From Promethearchaeota archaeon (lineage in GTDB: Archaea; Asgardarchaeota; Lokiarchaeia; Sigyniarchaeales; SOKP01): a DNA stretch of 64,000 nt. The DNA lies in contig JBHLON010000001.1 in NCBI GenBank assembly GCA_048940445.1, positions 64,001 to 128,000 of the forward strand, read 5' to 3'. Below the pieces are notes generated by a model. It saw nothing but the letters and a program-made list of their open reading frames with translations, did not search any database and was not told the DNA's origin. Made by a program: the position numbers and the translations under genes. This document shows positions 59,045 to 64,000 of the stretch, in pieces (positions within the stretch are counted from its first letter, which is position 1; every line of letters starts with the position of its first letter).

Positions 59045-60031
59045 TTAAGTTATTCTTTTAATCAAGCAAAAAAAGAATCCAATTGTATTATGAAGATGAG
59101 GATATAGCCTCTGAGAATATTTAAGGTCATCCAAAAGGTGTTTTTTATAATAAGATGTTAATCCTTGCATTCCATAATTTTTATTAATTTTTTGAATTTT
59201 AAATTTAGACTGATTTCTCAAAACCTTGTCTATTACTAATTCATTCTCTTCAGGACTTATAGAACAAGTACTATATAATAATAAGCCCTCTTGCTTTAAT
59301 GAATGGAGTCCAGCATTTAATAATTCTTTCTGGACTTTAGCCAATTTTTCTAAGTCATGCATAGTTCTACTCTTTTTTCTACTTGAATCCTCTCTTATTA
59401 AACCCTCACCGGTACAAGGAGCGTCCAATAATATTTTATCAGCTTTAATGTTTAATTCTAATAAATTTCTTGCATCATTTTTTAAAATAATTGAATTGTT
59501 AATTCCCATTCTGCGTATATTCATTTCTAAAGACGAAATTCTCTTAGAATTTTTTTCAATTAGAATAAGAGTTCCTTGATTATTCATAATTTGAGCTAAA
59601 TGGGTTGATTTGCCTCCAGGAGCAGCGCACATATCTATTACAATTTCATTTATTTTGGGATTGAGAATCATTGGCGGAAGCATAGAGGCGGTATTTTGTA
59701 AATAATAATAACCTTGTAAATACTCATGAGTAGAACCAAGATTAAATTTAGTTTTTAAAACCTCGAATCCATAGGGAATCCATTTTATATTTTTTAACTT
59801 TAAACCTTTCTTTGTTAATCTGTATTTTAAGTTCTCTGTAGTTATCCTTAATGTATTAACTCTCAAAGATGGAATCAATGGTATTTCATTTGCTTCTAAT
59901 AGCTTTATAGTATCTTCCAAACCTAAAATTTGGATATATCTCTCAATCATATAGGGGAGATAACCAAACTTTTGGGCAAGTTCTTCGCTTCTTTTTAGGG
60001 GATTAGATATTTTACTGTCAACTCGATCCAT
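59045..60031 (-). CDS. RsmB/NOP2-family RNA m5C methyltransferase
   Basis: DMCAAPGGKS, LLDAPCTGEG, YSTCS..PEENE and GFF motifs. Confidence 0.95.
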   Translation of the reverse strand: MDRVDSKISNPLKRSEELAQKFGYLPYMIERYIQILGLEDTIKLLEANEIPLIPSLRVNTLRITTENLKYRLTKKGLKLKNIKWIPYGFEVLKTKFNLGSTHEYLQGYYYLQNTASMLPPMILNPKINEIVIDMCAAPGGKSTHLAQIMNNQGTLILIEKNSKRISSLEMNIRRMGINNSIILKNDARNLLELNIKADKILLDAPCTGEGLIREDSSRKKSRTMHDLEKLAKVQKELLNAGLHSLKQEGLLLYSTCSISPEENELVIDKVLRNQSKFKIQKINKNYGMQGLTSYYKKHLLDDLKYSQRLYPHLHNTIGFFFCLIKRIT

Positions 60032-60094
60032 TCTATTAATACTTAATAAAAAATAATGAATTATATTTGTTATTAGTAAAGTAAGTTGAAGGAT

Positions 60095-60694
60095 ATGATT
60101 GAAGTCGAAATAAAAGTAGCTATTTCTAATCCAAAGTTGATATTAACAAAAGTAAAAGAACTAAATGGAAAATATATTATGTCGTTGAATCATGAAGATA
60201 CATACTATAATATGCCAAATGGTTTAAGAAATTTCAAAGAAACCGATGAAGCACTCCGAATAAGGAAAGTTATCGAATTTAATAAATATAAAGCTGATAA
60301 ATCTTACTTGATCAAGGGTTATATCACTTATAAAGGACAAAAAATCGACCAAACAACCAAAACTCGTGAAGAAATAGAGATTGAAATAGATGATTTCAAA
60401 AGTATGAAAAGTATGTTATTACATCTTGGATTTAAAGAAATAATTACTGTAAAGAAAGAAAGGGAATTATATGAATTTTGGTTTAAAAATAACAAAATTG
60501 AATTATTACTGGATTTTTTACCCCTTCTAAATCAAAATTTCATAGAAACTGAAATAATAATAAATGATAAGAAAAATATCAATAAAACTAAAGAGATTAT
60601 GTTCGACTTTCTTAAACTATTTGGAGTAACTGAAAAGGAATCAATAAGAGAATCTTATTTAGAGTTAATAACAAAAAAGCTGCATATTCTATAA
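60095..60694 (+). CDS. cyaB: CYTH-domain protein (class IV adenylate cyclase / triphosphatase, CyaB-like)
   Basis: IEVEIK (ExExK), EDTYY, ALRIR, TYKG, REEIE, VKKER and SYLEL. Confidence 0.88.
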   Translation: MIEVEIKVAISNPKLILTKVKELNGKYIMSLNHEDTYYNMPNGLRNFKETDEALRIRKVIEFNKYKADKSYLIKGYITYKGQKIDQTTKTREEIEIEIDDFKSMKSMLLHLGFKEIITVKKERELYEFWFKNNKIELLLDFLPLLNQNFIETEIIINDKKNINKTKEIMFDFLKLFGVTEKESIRESYLELITKKLHIL

Positions 60695-60727
60695 TAAAGA
60701 TTTTTAAGTAGAAAGATGAATGCTTGC

Positions 60728-60904
60728 TTAATTTGATAGCAATTCAGCGAACTTTTGGATCTCCATTTCTAATTCTTTTTTAATGATACATAGATTATAG
60801 TTTTCATAAACGATTTTGGCAGCATCAGTTTGAATTAATTTTGCCTTCTTAGAAATTTTATTTACAAAATCTAAAAATTGATAATAATCGGCATTATTCT
60901 CCAT
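60728..60904 (-). CDS. Small hypothetical protein (58 aa, below ORF-track cutoff)
   Basis: Manual translation MENNADYYQFLDFVNKISKKAKLIQTDAAKIVYENYNLCIIKKELEMEIQKFAELLSN*; helical character; fills an otherwise empty gap. Confidence 0.4.
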   Translation of the reverse strand: MENNADYYQFLDFVNKISKKAKLIQTDAAKIVYENYNLCIIKKELEMEIQKFAELLSN

Positions 60905-61231
60905 TTCTACATTCGTCTCATACTTTTATATTTTCTTAATTCATTATGGTTTAATGTTAATTAATAGATCATCAATAACACTTAATAACAATCTGGAGTC
61001 CAATTATTAAGAAATCATAAGTTTAATTGCTAAGCACCTACGTGATTAAGACTTATTCTAATAAAGAGTGTGGGAATAAGCACCCATTTCTTCTTAAAGT
61101 TATCTCCAATATTTTTAATGAGTTTTTTTTACATTTTAACTATTAATTGGATATAGACTTTCTCTTAAACAAACAAGCTTCAAATAATTGACATCATTAA
61201 ATAATAAAGAATTATGAGATTTAATGATCAA

Positions 61232-62746
61232 TTAGATAATTATTGTAATCTCATCAACAATTTGTTCTTTCTTTTTGGGTTTTATATCTGTTTTAATATC
61301 TTGTAATTGAATTTTAGTTTGAGAAAATTTATTTCCTCTATTTAATCTATTAAATGTATTCTTTTTTTCATTTGAAAATGTTTTAAAATTGAATCCCATG
61401 AGGTTCTCTGCTTCCTTGTTTTTAAATTTCATTAGCCAATTGAAATCATCTAAATATAGAACTATCTCATCTAATAATGTAATCTTTTCCAATTCAGTTG
61501 TAAAATACGTATCTCTGACCTTAATTGGAATGGGTCTGCCCCACTCTTGAAGTTCGTCTATTAGTAATAAGAAAAAAGCTAATGGATGTTTATCAAATGT
61601 ATATTCTTTTAGTTGTGCTTTAAAATTGTGGATCGCCATTGCTTTTGCCACTAAAATATAGCCTGAATATTCATCATTATTTTTAATTTCATCAGGTGTC
61701 CCCAAGCTATTCAATAAAGAAAGAGCAGAAATTACACCATGGTCTAGGTTTATTGGATTTGTATATTCATATTCTGGATGACCTTTTTCTCCTTTAAGGT
61801 AAATTTGCGGTTCTTTAGGAATTAAACTTGGATGATCAATTCCCGTTCCGATTCTTATGAGTGACCGTGCTTCCTTTGAGAGCCCTTCTTCAATTATTTT
61901 TAAGTAAGCTTCTTGAGATCCTTTCCATGATAATCCAATTTCAAGAGGTATAAATTCAAGATCCAGAGTAGGATAACATTTTAGCAATTGATTTACTAAT
62001 GAATAATTAATAGCTGTCGTCATTTTACTTAATGGGTAGCCAATATCATGGATTAACCCTGCAATCCACCAAAATTTATCTTTAATTACATTCTTTTCTA
62101 ATTCAGTCAAATCTGCAATAACACCAGCTAACTCGCCTTGCCCTAAATCTTGCTCTAAAAGAAAATCTCCTAAAACTGCTACTCGAAGCGCATGCTCTGT
62201 ATGATCTCTATAATATTTTTTAACACTAGTACTATATAAGAATGCTTCTAGGTCTGGTAAAGCACGAAGTAAATATAATATTCCTTCTGAATCAATTCCA
62301 CGTTCTTTTGATACATCATAAAGAGCAGATGATAGATTTTTTTGCTTTCCCATTAAAAAGTCAAGATCAAGCTCAGTTTCTAACTGACTCTTAATTTCCT
62401 TATGAACTGAGCTCACAATTTTATTTGCTAAATCTGTACCAAATCCTAAAGCTTTTCTCTCTAAGAATCCTATATTACCCAATTCTTTTTGAATATTAGG
62501 TAATTCTCTTCGGAGAATTGCTAAATTACGATCAATATCTTTAAGAGAAGCTATGTCTCCATTTTGTTTTACTTTTTCAAGACTCTTAGGTGTTATTTCT
62601 TTTACACTTTTTTGGACTGTATCAATTACATTATTTAACCAATCAGTAAAGCTTGAGCTTTGAGAAGAAATTCGATCTAAAACCCATTTATCGTTAATGA
62701 TGTGTTCGCTCAAATTTAACACCAGTATTATTTCAATAAGCAACAA
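61232..62746 (-). CDS. HD-superfamily metal-dependent phosphohydrolase with N-terminal helical region
   Basis: RDHTEHALRV...LIHDIGYP...DHG...AIHN...DELQEWGR; start codon uncertain. Confidence 0.75.
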   Translation of the reverse strand: MLLIEIILVLNLSEHIINDKWVLDRISSQSSSFTDWLNNVIDTVQKSVKEITPKSLEKVKQNGDIASLKDIDRNLAILRRELPNIQKELGNIGFLERKALGFGTDLANKIVSSVHKEIKSQLETELDLDFLMGKQKNLSSALYDVSKERGIDSEGILYLLRALPDLEAFLYSTSVKKYYRDHTEHALRVAVLGDFLLEQDLGQGELAGVIADLTELEKNVIKDKFWWIAGLIHDIGYPLSKMTTAINYSLVNQLLKCYPTLDLEFIPLEIGLSWKGSQEAYLKIIEEGLSKEARSLIRIGTGIDHPSLIPKEPQIYLKGEKGHPEYEYTNPINLDHGVISALSLLNSLGTPDEIKNNDEYSGYILVAKAMAIHNFKAQLKEYTFDKHPLAFFLLLIDELQEWGRPIPIKVRDTYFTTELEKITLLDEIVLYLDDFNWLMKFKNKEAENLMGFNFKTFSNEKKNTFNRLNRGNKFSQTKIQLQDIKTDIKPKKKEQIVDEITIII

Positions 62747-62787
62747 TAGTAAGCATTAAATTTTATCTTTTCTCTATTACATTAAAA

Positions 62788-63093
62788 ATGAAATATGTGG
62801 TATTGATGGAGGATATAAAAAAAAATGCTCTTGTTATTTACGAAGCAATTTTTGAAAGAAAAAAAAAAGTGATTATTGATGAAATTGAATATCCTATCGA
62901 AAAATTCTCAAGCGGTGTTAAATATTTAGATTATTTTGGTTATCGTTATATTCAACAAAACTGGAAAAAAAAGTCAGAATGGGGTAAAAAAGCTCGCGAA
63001 GGACATAAAATTATGTGGATCATTAAAGGAAGACGTTATATAGCTAGAATTATGGATGGAGAATATACAGATTTGTTAAAAAAAGAAAATTGA
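62788..63093 (+). CDS. Small basic hypothetical protein
   Basis: 101-aa ORF with conserved-looking 'IQQN..KKSEWGKKAREGHKIMW'. Confidence 0.65.
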   Translation: MKYVVLMEDIKKNALVIYEAIFERKKKVIIDEIEYPIEKFSSGVKYLDYFGYRYIQQNWKKKSEWGKKAREGHKIMWIIKGRRYIARIMDGEYTDLLKKEN

Positions 63094-63157
63094 GAAAAGT
63101 TGCTTACAATTTCTTTTAATTTATAACGTATAATTATATAATTTGAAGTATCAAAAT

Positions 63158-64000
63158 CTATATTTTCAGCGATTTCAAGGATTTAATTGATTCGGGAATA
63201 TTTTTTATTACATTTCCAGTAAGATCTAAAATTTTGAGATTTTGTAAATTAATTATATGTTCAGGAACACTATTAAGGTTTCCTTGATCCGTTTTCAGAT
63301 AAAAGTATTCTAACTTTTCTAAATTACCTATAGAGGCTGGAATTTCACCGATTTTATTATAATTCAAATTTAAAATCTGTAAGTTGGTTAATTCTCCAAT
63401 ACAATTAGGAATAAATCTAATATTTTGGTTTACCATACATAACTCTACTAATAACTTTAAATTGCAAATCTCTTTCGGGAAAATTCCAATAGGAGAAAGC
63501 TCTGAAGATATATAAAGAGTGTGTATATTACCATTATTATTAATTTTATAATAAAATAATAATGAATGAGAAGCAGAGCTATCTAATTCTAATCTAATAA
63601 AAGCTTGACCAGTTAGAATCTCCAATAATCCTAATATCGAAGCCTCTTTAAAATTTACTCCATCTTTAACATATTTTTTAGTAAAATAATCTTTTGAGGC
63701 TACTTTCAATACCCAATTCGGAATGCTTTCAATCTGATTGTTATTTAATATAAGATTTTTAAGATTAGACAAATAACCAGAATCATCTGGTATGGATTCA
63801 ATTTTACTACGTTTAATTACTAAATTCTCTAATTTAGAGAGGGTGTGAAGAGAATTTGGTATTTTTGCAAGATTTTCTAATACCAATCCCGTGATACATC
63901 CATCTTTTGTCGATTTTATCCTCCCTAAACCTTTAAATCCTATTTCAGAATTCTCCTTAAATAATTTTTTTCTTTCAATTTCAGATATTTTAAATTTATT
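63158..64000 (-). CDS. Leucine-rich repeat protein (5' end beyond window)
   Basis: LxxLxLxxNxIxxIPxxI repeats; the frame stays open upstream of 63886 to the window edge. Confidence 0.9.
   Translation of the reverse strand, partial: NKFKISEIERKKLFKENSEIGFKGLGRIKSTKDGCITGLVLENLAKIPNSLHTLSKLENLVIKRSKIESIPDDSGYLSNLKNLILNNNQIESIPNWVLKVASKDYFTKKYVKDGVNFKEASILGLLEILTGQAFIRLELDSSASHSLLFYYKINNNGNIHTLYISSELSPIGIFPKEICNLKLLVELCMVNQNIRFIPNCIGELTNLQILNLNYNKIGEIPASIGNLEKLEYFYLKTDQGNLNSVPEHIINLQNLKILDLTGNVIKNIPESIKSLKSLKI

Noticed and set aside
2886-59579. Numerous short ORFs in the track antisense to or overlapping longer genes (e.g. 2886-3086, 7152-7562, 24471-24845, 45788-46192, 55769-56314, 59226-59579)
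   Set aside because: Shadow frames of well-supported genes; Ser/Ile/Phe-rich with no motifs.
61052-61080. CTTATTC...GAATAAG inverted repeat
   Set aside because: A 7-bp arm in AT-rich DNA is compatible with chance; no other support.
1-64000. CRISPR arrays, IS elements/transposases, rRNA genes, recognisable defence systems
   Set aside because: No regularly spaced repeats, transposase motifs, long GC-rich structural RNA or known defence motifs seen by eye.

Overview
AT-rich archaeal chromosomal DNA, almost certainly from an Asgard archaeon and most like Lokiarchaeia. The evidence is archaeal ribosomal proteins uS15 and eS1, a BHB-intron tRNA, and several eukaryotic-signature genes: an ESCRT locus (Vps2/24/46-type ESCRT-III, Vps4, Vps25, Vps22/36), a Rab-like GTPase, two longin/roadblock-like proteins and an LRR protein. 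The rest is mostly housekeeping or metabolic. I saw no CRISPR array, transposase, integrase or rRNA. The best candidate for an undescribed system is a ~16 kb five-gene operon (9020-24957). It encodes a MacB/LolD-type ATPase with extra N- and C-terminal domains, two double-FtsX permeases and, between them, two giant membrane-anchored surface proteins. One of these is a subtilisin-like protease with a cytoplasmic double zinc-ribbon tail, a receptor-like architecture. Other notable points: vps4 apparently needs a non-AUG (ATC/ATT) start to include its whole MIT domain; Vps25 has an N-terminal MIM1-like helix resembling the C-terminus of the neighbouring ESCRT-III; there is a short histone resembling the bacterial Bd0055 type; a His-rich NikR lies near larC/larB; a TFS/RpoM paralog lacks its C-terminal zinc ribbon; and tRNA-Val(GAC) has a ~30-nt D-loop insertion. 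All family calls come from motif recognition by eye; no database searches were run.
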